Source of the DNA: Felis catus
Taxonomy: Eukaryota
Length of the DNA stretch: 64,000 nt
Assembly: GCF_018350175.1 (NCBI RefSeq)
Contig: NC_058373.1
Span: forward strand, 102,984,001 to 103,048,000
Direction: 5' to 3'
Shown: positions 36,670 to 49,069 of the stretch, piece after piece
Numbering within the stretch: the stretch's first letter is position 1
Layout of the letters: the number at the start of each line of letters is the position of its first letter
Position numbers and translations under genes: made by a program
Notes under the pieces: model-generated
What the model was told of the DNA's origin: nothing
The model's database searches: none
The model's input: only the letters and a program-made list of their open reading frames with translations

Positions 36670-37905
36670 GCAACAAAGGAGAACTGCTAGTAAGGAGGTA
36701 AAGGAGGAGTGGTCAAGAGAGGCAGAGGGGAAACAAGAAATTCTCAGGTCTTAGAAAACTGAGAAAGGTTTGTTTAACCATCAAACGCTGCAAAAAGACC
36801 ATTGGATTTGGTAGCTGGTAAGTCACTGATCTTCAAGACAATGATTTCTTTGGTGAGAAGGCAGGAGCCAGGGGTAGAATGAAAGTGGACAGAATGGGCT
36901 CTTTGAGGACTATGGGAGAGAATGGAAGGCAACTGATAGGAAGATGTACATTCAGGAAGAAGTGAGGATATGAGAGAGATTTTGTTCTGTTAAGTTTTGT
37001 TTTAGAACAGAAGTATGCACATGTTTTTAATGGTAAGGGGAGAAGCAATGAAGAGGGAAAGAACTTGAAGAATATAAGAGAGAGGGCTGATAAAATAAGA
37101 GACAAGATTCAAGAAGAGTCAAGAGGCTTAGGATGGCTAATACATATAGAATTAGCCTCGGAAAGGAGAATGAGTCATCTCTGTAGTGGGAGGGGAGGAG
37201 CAGAGCGCAGGAGAAGAAACAAAGCATTTAGAAGTGGAAGGGAGAAGAGGAAGGTTCACATTACGCGTCTTCAGTCCTTTGGACATCAGGTCACCTGCAG
37301 AGAAGGAAAGCATCGAGACTTGAAAAGGGGGAAAGATATAATATATTGGAGAAATGACAGGGAACCAGCTGGAGACAAGTAAAAAAAAAACAGCAGTGAG
37401 AGCCTGGCTTAGGGTGGAGAACATGAATTTATGGTGGCATCAATCTTTGACCACATGCAATGACTTCATATCAAGAGAGAGAGACAGAGACACACAGAGA
37501 GAAAGAGACACACACAGAGAGATAATGAGAACAACGGAGGGTTTCCCAACAGTGGGGATTGAAAATTCAGTTAAGTCAGGAGGAAGTGTTAGAGAAAGGA
37601 TGTCGAGCTATCAGAGCATGGTTGACCAGGTGGAATGTGATCTAGGTTGACAGTGTGCTGGTGGAGTAGGGGCATGTGGGAGAGTCTAGAGTTGGGATAT
37701 GATGGACATGAAGAACGCTCTCAGCTGCAGTGAGGGAGGAGGAAATGTTAAATGCACTCAAAGACATTTCATATTTACAGATCTTAGGGTTGAAATAATT
37801 GCCAATAATGTGTTCCAAGTATAATTGTCATTCTGAATGGCTGATGGTGGAATAAAGAGTACAAGCAGTGGTTTGAAGAAGTCAAGACTAGTGGGTTTGA
37901 AGTGT
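36670..37905 (-). mobile_element. L2 body fragment, degenerate
   Basis: Purine-rich; ccattggatttggtagctgg, gagcatggttgacc, agtgggtttgaag. Confidence 0.55.
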
Positions 37906-37917
37906 TGTCTTATTAAT

Positions 37918-38321
37918 GGTATGATGGTCAGTTTTATGTGTGATCTCAGCTTCACTGTAGTCCCCAGTTACTCAAATACATACTAATCTAGGTAGAAGGT
38001 ATTCTGTAGTTGTGATTAAATTCTATAAGCAGTTAACTTGAAATGAGATTACCCTGCATAGTCTGGATGGGTCTGATTCAATCAGTTGAAAGGCCTTGAG
38101 AGCAGAGCTGAGGCTACCCTAAAGGAAAGGAAATTAGTCTACCCATGGACAGTAGTTTCAGCCAGTACCTGAGAATTCCAACCTGCCTTTTGTGATGGCC
38201 TGCCATATGCATTTTTGGACTTACCTACCAGTCCCCACAGTGAAGGAGTCCCTTCCAATAAATCTCTTAATACATTATTTCCTGGTGGTTCTGTTTCTCT
38301 GGTTGAATCCTGGCTGATACA
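37918..38321 (+). mobile_element. ERVL solo LTR (MLT2-like)
   Basis: gatggtcagttttatgtgt...ggatgggtctgattcaatcagttgaaaggcct...ggttctgtttctctggttgaatcctggctgataca. Confidence 0.85.
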
Positions 38322-38440
38322 GGTGATCAGGGATGAACTAGGGAGAAAAATTGTAAACTTCTACCTTCTCCTGCTCATGTGATTTTATTACGTCTTCGCA
38401 ATATACAGGTAAAAAGCTGGATATAATTCAGGTTTGAGAT

Positions 38441-38520
38441 GGAAGGAAGGAAGGAAGGAAGGAAGGAAGGAAGGAAGGAAGGAAGGAAGGAAGGAAGGAA
38501 GGAAGGAAGGAAGGAAGGAA
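38441..38520 (+). repeat. Perfect (GGAA)20 microsatellite
   Basis: Seen directly; followed by degenerate GGAT/GGGT/GAGT units to about 38575. Confidence 0.98.
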
Positions 38521-39154
38521 GGATGAAAGGATGGAAGGAAGGATGGTTGGGTGGGTGAGTGAAAGAGTGAGTGATTGTGTGAGAGAAGGGGTACTTTTGA
38601 AATCTAGAATTATTGATAAATATAAAACATTTATTTTCTATTTTAATCATTAACTCAAAGTATAAGAACTATAGGAAACATTTCCAGTTAGGGTTTTGTT
38701 TTGTTTTGTTTTGTTTTTTCAAGTCACTTAAAGCTGTTCCATGCATTCACCCTCCCAGTATTAAGCAGAATGTGAAGACCTGCCCCAGTGTATATGTTGG
38801 TCTTTTGTTTATTAGATATGAGAATGGTGGATTTGATTCAGGACTTGAGATGGGACAAAATAAACAAGAATCCTTTCTATTCCCTTCCCTTATCCCTTTC
38901 CTTCTTCCACATAGGGGGATGAAATAGAACTTCATTTTGTTTAACAAGCTTTTCCTGAGTGGCTCCTGGGGGCAGGAGCACCTGAGGAGCAATAGAAGGA
39001 CTTGAAATACCTCACAGAAGAGGTGGAAACTTCTCTGCAGCTTTCCACTAACCAAATCTGTTTGGTCTTTGCTTTTAGGAGAGTTAAGGAAGCTTTTAAA
39101 TTTCTGATTCAAAACTGTGCATCCTCTCCCTGGAATTAGAAATGTATTGCTTCT

Positions 39155-39373
39155 GGGACACCTGGGTGGTTCAGTCAGTTAAGTGTCTGATTCTTGATTT
39201 TGGCTCAGGTCATGACATCACAGTTCCTGAGTTTGAGCCCCATGCTGGGCTCTGTGCTGATGACACAGCCTGGAGCCTGGTTTGGATTCTCTCTCTCTTT
39301 CTCTCTCTCTGCCCCTTCCTTGCTCGTTCTCTCTCTGTCTCTGTCTCTCTCAAAACAAACAAACAAACAAAAA
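39155..39373 (+). mobile_element. Can-SINE with (CAAA)n tail
   Basis: TSD agaaatRtattgcttc at 39138-39153 and 39374-39389. Confidence 0.94.
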
Positions 39374-42300
39374 AGAAATATATTGCTTCCATTAGCGCTT
39401 CTCTGATGGTAGTTATGGCAGACCAGATGAAACAAATGAATATGAGAATGATGATCCTACTTTGTGTGTTGGCTCCCTGCCCAGAGCCTTATGCCCTTGT
39501 GGGACATCCTCTGTGAGCATGTGGTACAGCTCTCTTATATGGAGATAAGAGGCAGTCCTTCTCCCCCGTTACCTGTGCGCTACTGCTGTTTTGATGTATC
39601 TGGGCATGATACATGATACATGATGTATCTGGCGATGTGCAGGATGATATGGCAGAAGCTTCTGTGCTTATGAGCTAAATAGTCCCCTTGGAGAGAGCTC
39701 CTCCTCTGAAGGCAAGAAGGAGCCAGCCATGGTGAACTAAGTAACAGAGCTGTAGTCATGGGAGGAGCGTAGTGTCTTTTTTTGTGTGTTGCTGGATTCT
39801 GATACCCTGTGGATCTAAGTAAAGGGAATGGTTGGTAAGAACTGAAAGAGCTGTTCTGCTAAAACTGTAAATACTGGGATATCAAAAAGTGCGGCTTAAG
39901 CGAGTATCATTGAAATGGGAGGAGAGAATTCTGTCTCACCTTGCCATAAATCATCTAATAGCCGAGGCATCATGGAAGGCTGGGTGCTGGTGGGGGTGCA
40001 GTAGACGGCAGCAGCAGGCTCCAGTGGGGTCCCAGCTCTGAGCAAGCATGTGCAATGCCAGCAGGAGGGGGCTTGTTGGTGACCACACAGCACATTCCCG
40101 GGGACTCCCCAGAGAGCTTGGCAGCTCTTTGCAAGGGAGTAGAATAGAGCGGATGGCATGTGAAGTATCTCTGTTACTATGACCCCAGCTCTATCCCCAG
40201 GCAGGTTGGGTCTTGGGAAGGTCAGATCACAGGAGGACTCACAGGACTGCCTGCTTGCATCTGGTGATGGGTCCTCCTGCAAGATAAAGCTCAGAGTGCC
40301 AGCCAAGGATCTGAAGTGTATCATCATCCCTCACAACTCTTTTGCTCAAATGCTTTGCTAATCCTGTCCTGTTTATTTGCAAGTATGGCTCAATTAAATG
40401 CCAGCCTGCCCTGTGTATCCTTCTTAGTTTAGTGTAAGCTTGCCTTTTTGACCAAGGAAATTGAACCACAGCCACTTCCACTTTTTTTTCTGCTGTGGAT
40501 TGACTATACCCTGGTGACCTTAAGTGTCCCTCTAGGTACTGTCAGTTCCAAGCAAGGGCTCCATTGCTTGCTGGTGTGTGGGCATCAGGGAACTGTGCTG
40601 GGCTGGAGTCAGTGAAGGGTGTATGGCTCTGTCAGTTCTTAATGGCCATTGACCAAACTGTACAGCCTTTTTTAGAAGTTCTCGAAACTCTGTGTGCATT
40701 GCAGTGGAGTTCTTCCCTCTTGGTTGGATCCTAAACTCCTTTATTTTTAACTGCAAAAGGGGCTGTGAACCACCTGGGGGCTTCTCCTGATACACAGTGA
40801 AAATGTAATGTTTTTTTTCACACCTTCTTCAGAGAAGAGGACCTGGCCAACTTATGAATACTAGAAAACATGCATTTGATTTCTGCTTTCAATACTTTGT
40901 TTTTAAAGATTTACATTCCTGGATGTGTCTCATTAAATAGAAGTGATGGGATCAATAAAACTTGGAATTGTGTAATGAGAGAGGTCAGTTTCTTATTATA
41001 TTTATAATAACAGAGTTCATTGGGTGTCACTCTGCTCGGTGAAAGCTGGTAAATCAATAATGCTCTTACAACCTGGATAATAATAAACCCTTGCATTAAA
41101 TGGGCAATGCCAACATGTGAATGGGAGGGAGGGAATGGGAAAGTACCATCACCATGCTTGGGAAGGACTCAAGCCTCTCAGATCGAAACCTGTGAAGAAG
41201 CATCAATGCGTTTCCCTGTTCCATCATGCTCCCCTCCTGTGCATAAGAAATTATTCAAAGATGGCAACAAATTTTTCATATGACCTTTATAACTACTGGT
41301 TTGGAATGACTTTTGGCTGCTTGCTGGAAAAAAAAAAAAAGATCTCAGAGATGAATTGTCAGGTCAGGACATTAGCTCCTTTTCCCATCAGGTTCAGGCA
41401 CATTCTGTACTTGATATATGTGAGTGTGTACTATTGAAGAAACACAATGTGAATATGTAGTAAAAACAAATATGCTTCGTTGGCCGCCAAGCTCAAGGCG
41501 GCTCTTACTGGTCATGATGATTGGTGCCCCAGCTCCCCAGCCCTGGAGATTCTAAGAAGTCTCCCTACAAAGAAAGCACCTGGGACAGATTTTTTTTTTC
41601 TGAGAATGTCTTTCCACAGTAAGGTGTGACATGTTTCCCGTGAAGGGCAGGGGTTGAAGAAGCAGTGCTGGTCCATCGGAAGCTGTCCTGAAGGAGACCT
41701 GCCTGTGCTTCTGAGAGCATGTGGGAATTGGGGGGTTCTGCTGTGGAACTTGCTCTCCATCCATCCATTCAGGGACTATTGCCCTTTGGTTCTAGGGGAG
41801 CAGGGCAGTATGGGAAGAACCCGAAAGATGCTAAATCATCACAGGAAAGGAGCTCTTTTGAGGTAAGAGCTTTCAGGTTATTGCAGATGGTAGGGGAAGG
41901 GGGCTGGGGCTGGTGCGATATGGTGACCAGAAGCTGCTGAATTTCAAACTGCTTAATGAAGCCAAAACATTGTCTGGACTCTGACATGCTTAAAATCGAA
42001 ATACCATTGTGTTTTCTGCAATTGAAGATTGTGATGACTTCTTCTTAGGTCACACGGGAAAAGAGGCTGTCACTAATGGGTGTTGTAAAGAGAGATCCTT
42101 CTTTCAAAAGAAGTCATAGCTGGCCAGGTTTTGGTATTAAAAAACCCCAAGCCTGACACTGATCCTGGTTTTCAGAGAAACAAGAAATTCTGAATTCTTT
42201 TCAGTGGGAGCTAAAGGTTTAACTGCCTCCATGACTCTCTTTTACATGAAAATGTAAAGTTGAGCAAATAAACCATGGTTTCGCATATTATTATTTATAG

Positions 42301-43144
42301 AGGAGAATATTGCCACCAGGAAGCATATCTGCTAATGTGTTTTGGCCAAGTTCTCCTCAGAGACAGTGATTAATAGAAGGAATGGATGGAAAATTAGTAT
42401 ACACAAATAACTATTCAGAAATGGGGGTGAAATGCTAATGCAGTGACCTTTAAATCTTCATTTTTCTTTATTTCTCTGAATGCTAATTAATGGACGCCTT
42501 CAGCACCAGGAGGAATTTGTGTCCAAGTCCATCTCCCAGCTAAGTGGTATTTTGAGAATTTCTGAGGCTGAGTCTCAGAGAAGAGCTGATCTGAGCTTCC
42601 TGAGGCTCCCAGCCTTGTTGCTGCCTTGTGGCTTTCCCCCCGAGAACACAAAATGTTGTTGTCCAGCAGCTCATTAGCATGGCTGGACAGCCTATGTGGT
42701 TTAGTAAGGTAATTAGTTTCAGAGGTAAGTGGAGGTAGGGGAGGTTTGGAGCATAGCCTGTTTATTGAGCGCTGTCCCCTGGACAACAGAACCACTGCCT
42801 GCTTGTTAAGGAGACCTGAATTATTGCCTGGCCAGAGCTCTAGGACCATAGGAAGAAGCAATGTGGTAGTGGGGGCCTTCCCTAATGCAAAGGGCAAAGG
42901 TAAATTTGTAATTCAGACAATAACCTTTAGACTGATGCCAAGGGATGTTTTCTGGAAAACACTGCCTTCATGGAGGGAGGGCAATAGACTGAAAGTGCAT
43001 GCTGAGTTTGGGGTGGGAATTCCTGTCAGCTAGGAGGAAGGAAAAATAGCTCAGATTGAATGAAAATGAGGTGGAGTAGTTTGGGATGAACTTTTATAAG
43101 GGGAAGTTTCTACAGGCATAACCCTTCCATAATAGAACCAAGTA

Positions 43145-43312
43145 GAGCTGGATGGTCATTTATGTCTCTGTTTTCAGTTTTCTCATCTGTGAAATGAGGA
43201 TATAATACTATATACCTCATAAGGTTATTATGAGGATGAAATAAATCAGTATTATAAGTCACATAATAAACTCCACATAAGGGCTTGACATTATTATTAT
43301 TACTGTTATTAC
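43145..43312 (+). mobile_element. MIR SINE 3' half
   Basis: tcagttttctcatctgtgaaatgagga...acctcataaggttattatgaggat. Confidence 0.8.
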
Positions 43313-43435
43313 TTACCTGTGAAGAATGCGCTAGAAGGTTTGGGTAGGACCTGAAGATCCCCTCCACCACCTGCCTCTCTTGGCTCCTATGACTCAGTGG
43401 AAGTGTTTTACACCCTACAAATCCTCTTAGGCAAG

Positions 43436-43670
43436 TTTTCTTTTTTTTCTTTTTCTTTTTTTAGTTTATTTATTTTTGAGAGAGAGAGAGAGAGAGAGAG
43501 AGCGCATGTGAGCAGGGGAGGGGCAGAGAGAGAGGGAGAGACAGAGAATCCCAAGCAGGTTCTGTGCTGTCAGCATAGAGCCCAATGTGGGGCTCCATCT
43601 CATGAACTGTGAGATCATGACCTGAGCTGAAACCAAGAGTCGGACACTTAACCAACCGAGCCACCCAAGC
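43436..43670 (-). mobile_element. Can-SINE
   Basis: Antisense SINE body with (GA)n. Confidence 0.93.
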
Positions 43671-44114
43671 AAGAAGCAAAACTTTTCAAAAAGGATTTAA
43701 AACCATTAACTATATTGATAATTGTGGGGTCTAAGTCTGATATTTCTAAAAGCATACTCTATGGGTGTTCTGGAGGCAGGTAGTGGTATAGGAGGGGAGG
43801 GGACTGGGAAGAGGAAAAGGATACTGGAAATATGAGTTAACAGTAACTTCAAATTGTAGAAGAAAACAAAGGTCAAAGGCAAGTGTCCAGTGGATACAGA
43901 TTACAGGAGAGTCCTAAAAGCATCATTTCATTGATATTGCATCCAGGCATGGATACGAATGGATCAGCTTATAATTATCGTCCATTGGAACCATCAGAGG
44001 CCACCAAATGGATGGTATTCAAAAGACGACAGCTCATGGTAGAGAGGGTGACAAAGAGAAGTCCCGCTGCGTATCAGATCCTTTAAAAACATCATCTATT
44101 TTAGTCATCACTAG

Positions 44115-44235
44115 AATCCTGATGAGAAAATTGATACTCATAAAGTAACTTGCCCCAAATCTAGTTAGTAAGTGATGGAGTTGGAACCCCATCCTAGGAA
44201 TGCCTAATTCCAAAACCCATATTCTTTCTAACATG
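44115..44235 (-). mobile_element. MIR fragment
   Basis: aagtaacttgcccc...agtaagtgatggagttggaaccccatcc. Confidence 0.55.
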
Positions 44236-45394
44236 CTCTTCCTCTCTGATGTAAACCTATGAACAACGAGCATCCAGAAATACTGAAACTAGGGAAATAT
44301 AGGGCTCTCCCGATCTGTAGTTTATGAAATGGTGTGTCACCTAAGCTCTAAGATCCCTCTCAAATCTCACATAATCTGGGATACTTAAGAAAATCTAATC
44401 CTGTAACTTTCCATCTCTGGATCCAGAAACCTGTTGCCAAGGATGATTTACATTTCAGAGGAAATTAATTTAGAAGACTATAACTTGATCCCAGAAATCT
44501 GGAAAATATCTCCTTTTTCTGTGGATGAGCCAAACCCTATATCTTTAAGTGAAATTTTTATCAGTCTTGTACCACTAATATAAACCAGGTAGAAAAGAAT
44601 CTTTTCTTCAGAAAACCTAGGATGGGATCACTTTTTGAAATCAAGTTGCTAGCTAGTATTAGTAATACTTTTTTCTAGTCATTATATTACTAATCTCTAG
44701 TGTGACTTATGCCTCTAAATTGGGTTACCTAACCCACAACTCAGGAAGTGAAAAACCTCAGATGCCAGCATACTATTTCAAAGTACCATAGCTCCATGGT
44801 AATAGACTGTTCTACTTCTCCTAGTATCAGAGCATTTTTCCTGAATTCTGCCTGATTCCAGAGGGAGATTTCATAGAACAATGAGATGGGGATAGAGAAG
44901 GATATAGAAAATTAATAAAGGACACGTTGCATTAGCCAAGCAGTCAGTAGGATAGCATCTGAAAATGCATGGTGTTATTGACAAACTCAAGCCTGCATTC
45001 CATAGGAATTCCACTTACTAGTGCTGAAAACCTAACCTTCTTGATAAGCCAGTCTTCGTCTCTGTTCAGTGCCTCCTCCATGCATCCCATTTATTCACTT
45101 CCTGATCATTCCTTAGTTGATGCCACCAGCCCTAATAACACTAGAGATGGGCCCAGAAAGGCTTTTAGGATGGGACATTTTGACAGCTTTTTCCTACTGA
45201 GATATAGAAGGCAAAAAAGGAACAATACCTTGTGCCATCTCATTTTACAACATAAAGTCATGGGCCACTGTCTCTGCCAGCTCCTACTAGAGATGATTTT
45301 ATAGATTCTTTATAGATCTCACTTTGTTTTGTGTTTTACCTTGGTCCTTTCCCAATACCTGAACTTTTCTGTTCCAAAAGAATGTATAACTTTC

Positions 45395-46090
45395 CCAGTC
45401 TACAAAAATTCTACAAACCATACCAATAGTGAAAGACTGACTGCTTTTCCTTTAGATCAGGAACAAGACAAGGATGTCTACTCTGATCACCTCTGGTCAA
45501 GATTGGAGGTTGTATTAGAGATTTAAGTCGGTACAATAAGAAAAAGAAATTAGTGACAAATTGGAAGGGAAGAAGTAAAACCATCTTAAAAAAATTTTTT
45601 TATGTTTATTCATTTTTGAGAGACAGAGAGACAGAGTGCGAGCAGAGGAGGGGCAGACAGAGAGGGAGACACAGAATCCGAAGCAGGCTCCTGGCTCTGA
45701 GCTGTCAGCACAGAACCCAATGCAGAGCCTGACCCCACAAACTGTGAGATCATTACCTGAGCTGAAGTCAGACACTGAACCCACTGAGCCACCCAAGCAC
45801 CCCAAAACTGTCTTTATTCACAAACAACATAATCTTGTATATAGAAAATCCTGAAAATTTTACAAAACAGCTGCAAGAACTAATAAAAGAGTTTATGACG
45901 TTACTGGATATGAGATTAATACAAAAATATCAGTTGTATTTTCATATATTCTCAATGAAAAATCTGAGAATGAAATTAAAGAATGAAAATCTGAGAATGA
46001 AATTCTGTTTGAAATGGTATCAAACATACTAAGAAGAAATTTAACCAAAAAAAAAAAAATCCAAAGCTTCTACAACATAACATTTACAAA
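45395..46090 (+). mobile_element. L1M ORF2 (RT region) fragment, degenerate
   Basis: agatcaggaacaagacaaggatg; tatatagaaaatcctgaa...agaactaataaa (YIENP-like motif in ORF 45835). Confidence 0.85.
45588..45803 (-). mobile_element. Can-SINE inserted in L1 ORF2
   Basis: TSD aaaacYRtctt at 45577-45587 and 45804-45814. Confidence 0.94.
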
Positions 46091-46289
46091 GTTTAGAGTA
46101 TCATACAAATTGTGACCCAGTCTTAAGGAAAAAAAAAAAAAAAAAGCAATCAATGGAAATTTACCCCAAGATGATCTAGATGTTCAATTCTCAGACAAGG
46201 AGCTATCATAGCTATGCACTATGGGGTAATGGAAAATGTGCTTCTAGTAAATTAGATAGGAAAACTCAGCAATGAAAAACAAGTTTTAA

Positions 46290-46515
46290 ACAATTTACAT
46301 GATTATCAGTTTATTATAAAAGGCTATGACTCAGGAACAGATGATGAAAGAGATACCTGGGGCAAGGTATAGGAAGGAATGTGGAGCTTCCATGCCCTTG
46401 CTGTGCGGCATTGTCCCCAAATATACACAAACTGGGAAACTCTGAGACCTGTCCTCTGGGGTTTTATGGAGGCTTCATTACATAGGCACGACTGATTAAA
46501 TCATTGGCCTTTGGC
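46290..46515. mobile_element. MER21-like LTR fragment nested in L1
   Basis: gtttattataaaagg...ggagcttccatgccc...ttttatggaggcttcattacataggca..tgattaaatcattggcc. Confidence 0.7.
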
Positions 46516-47852
46516 CCAAAATATTTTTGAAAATCAAATGACATTTTTCAGAACTCAATATTAAAATAGTTAAGACCAAAAAATTTACTCAGTGGATTTA
46601 ATGACAGAATAGACACGGTGGAGAAGGTTAATAAACCTGAAGATAAAGGAAGAGAGAAAAGAGATTGTAAGAATGAACATAGCCTCAGAAATGCAGCAAA
46701 AGCAAAGGGTTTAACATATGTTTAACCAGATTCCCAGAAAGAGAAGAGAGAGAAAAATGGGACAGAAAAAAATGTTTGATGAAATAGTAGCCAAAAACTT
46801 CTCAAAATTGGTAAAAAATATAAATTTACAGATTCATGAAACTCAATGATCCCCAAGCAGGACAGAGATGAAGAAAACCATGCTTAGACACATCTTAGTC
46901 AAACAGTTGAAATCCAAACATAAGTAGAAAATCTTAAAAGTCGCCCGTGGAAAAGTGATAGATTACATAGAGGGGAACAATTATTTAAATGACTGCAGAC
47001 TACAGAGACAGAAGACAACGTTAACATGCTTTAAAAAAATTCTGTCAACACTGAATTTTACATCTAGCAAAAATATTCTTCTAGAATAAATATATACTAA
47101 AGATATTTTCAGATAAAAAAAACTAAAGAGAATTTATCATCAGCAGTCCTGCACTACAAGAAATGCTAAAAGAAGTTCTCTCCAAGATGAAAGGAAACCC
47201 CTAGAGGGAAATTTGGATCTTCAGGAAGAAATGAAGACTTAAGAGAGTAAATGTATAGGTAAATACAAAAGACTAATTTATCTCTTAATTTCTTAAAAAT
47301 AAAGAGAACTGTTTAAAGCAAAATCTACAGTGTTTACTGTAGGGTTTATAACATATGTAGATAGAATTCACCTGTCAACTCTAGACTAAAGGAATAGAAT
47401 ATAAAGGAAAAGAGATTGGGGAGAGTAGTTGAATAAATAGAACTACATGGTTGTAAGGATCCTGTTTTATGTACAGTGGTACAGCAATAACTCTAACTAG
47501 GATGAAAAGTTAAAGATACGTTTTGTAATCACTACAGCAAACTAACAAATCATGCAAAGGAGGAGAGCCCAAGTACTAAGAAATAAATTAAAATGGAATT
47601 CTAGAACATGTTAAAATAATTCCAGAGAAGTCAGGAAAGATAGAGCAGAGGAGGAAAAATAAACAGAGGGGGCAAGCAGATAACAAATAATTAAAAGGGT
47701 AAGCCTAAATCAAAACATATGAATATCTATGTTAACTATTAATGCATAGGAATATTCACGTTCAAAGGCAGAGGTTATCAAGACAGATTTTAAAAAAGCA
47801 AGCCCCAACTATATGCTGTCTATAAGAGTTGCACTTAAAAATAGGAAGAGGA

Positions 47853-48071
47853 GGGGCGCCTGGGTGGCGCAGTCGGTTAAGCGTCCGACTTCAGCCAGGT
47901 CACGATCTCGCCGTCCGTGAGTTCGAGCCCCGCGTCAGGCTCTGGGCTGATGGCTCGGAGCCTGGAGCCTGTTTCCGATTCTGTGTCTCCCTCTCTCTCT
48001 GCCCCTCCCCCGTTCATGCTCTGTCTCTCTCTGTCCCAAAAATAAATAAAAACATTGAAAAAAAATTAAAA
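47853..48071 (+). mobile_element. Young feline Can-SINE (SINEC_Fc-type) in L1 ORF2
   Basis: CpGs intact; perfect 16-bp TSD aaaaataggaagagga at 47837-47852 and 48072-48087. Confidence 0.97.
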
Positions 48072-49018
48072 AAAAATAGGAAGAGGAAATGTTGAGAGTA
48101 ATGGCTGAAAAACAGATACACCATGAAAGTAGGAAATATGAGAAGATTGGAGTGGCTATAGCAGTATGAGAAAAGATAGATAAAAAGGTATATTTCCAAA
48201 TGACAAAAGGGTCTGTTCATGAGAAAAACATAATAATCGTGAATGTTATGCCAAATAACAGAACTTCAAAATACGTGAAGCAAAAAGACACAGAATTAAC
48301 TAGATAAATGTCAGCATTATAGTATTATGTAGATACTTTTTAGACTCCATGATTACAATTCAGGTTGGAAAGCTTTTATTAATATTTACTATCTATTGGC
48401 TTTATGTGATATGAAATATGACAGGGTCTGTATCTTCAATGAATTTATAATCCTACTGGGACATGAAATTTGTGCTTACAATACAGTGGAAGAATAGGAA
48501 ATTTTAGAAGACTTTGTCTTCTGTTCCCTTCGTATTGATGTGTGAGACTAAATAGGCACCTCTGTGAAGGTGACAGCAATTACCAGCAGAACACAGGAAG
48601 GAAGAAAGCAGATCTGGGACTTGGATCCTACACCAATATTAAAGCAGAACACAGTGGATCTTGTGAGTTGACTTCCCAGTCTCCCCTTTCACTTTTAATG
48701 GAATTCCACTTTTTTTTTCTTTTCTTTTTCTTTTTTTTTTTTAGTCTGATGGCAGTGACACCACTCCTGGATTTGGAATGACATTTGATTAGTCAGTGAG
48801 TTTATTCTCATTGCCATTGCCACAGCAGTGAGTTTGGAATGACTACTCTTTGGTCGTGGCAGGGAGAAATGCTTTCATTTCCTGCTCCCGGAGGTCAAGG
48901 AATTGTGTGCTTCGGAATTTTGCCAGTAGCCGCTTTACTTTTGGATAAAACCTGATAAACACATTGAAAGTGCTTTAAATAGTTTCTGGAGCAAAGTAAA
49001 TGCTTAACACCTTGTTTC

Positions 49019-49069
49019 TTGTTGTTTTTGTTGTTGCTGCTGCTGCTGCTGCTGGTGGTAGTGGTGGTG
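49019..49069 (+). repeat. Compound (GTT)n(GCT)n(GGT)n triplet repeat
   Basis: Seen directly. Confidence 0.85.

Larger units (their letters stand above)
46100..48310 (+). mobile_element. L1M ORF1, inter-ORF and ORF2 endonuclease start, degenerate
   Basis: tttacagattcatgaaactcaa; cctgcactacaagaaatgctaaaagaagttc; caactatatgctgtctataagag (TICCLQE-like). Confidence 0.8.

Noticed and set aside
41483..41502. GC hairpin gccgcc-N8-ggcggc
   Set aside because: A 6-bp stem is expected by chance in 64 kb, and there is no terminator logic in a mammalian genome.
43883..44086. 67-aa ORF with a few retained CpGs
   Set aside because: GTG start, no recognised homology and no convincing splice sites.
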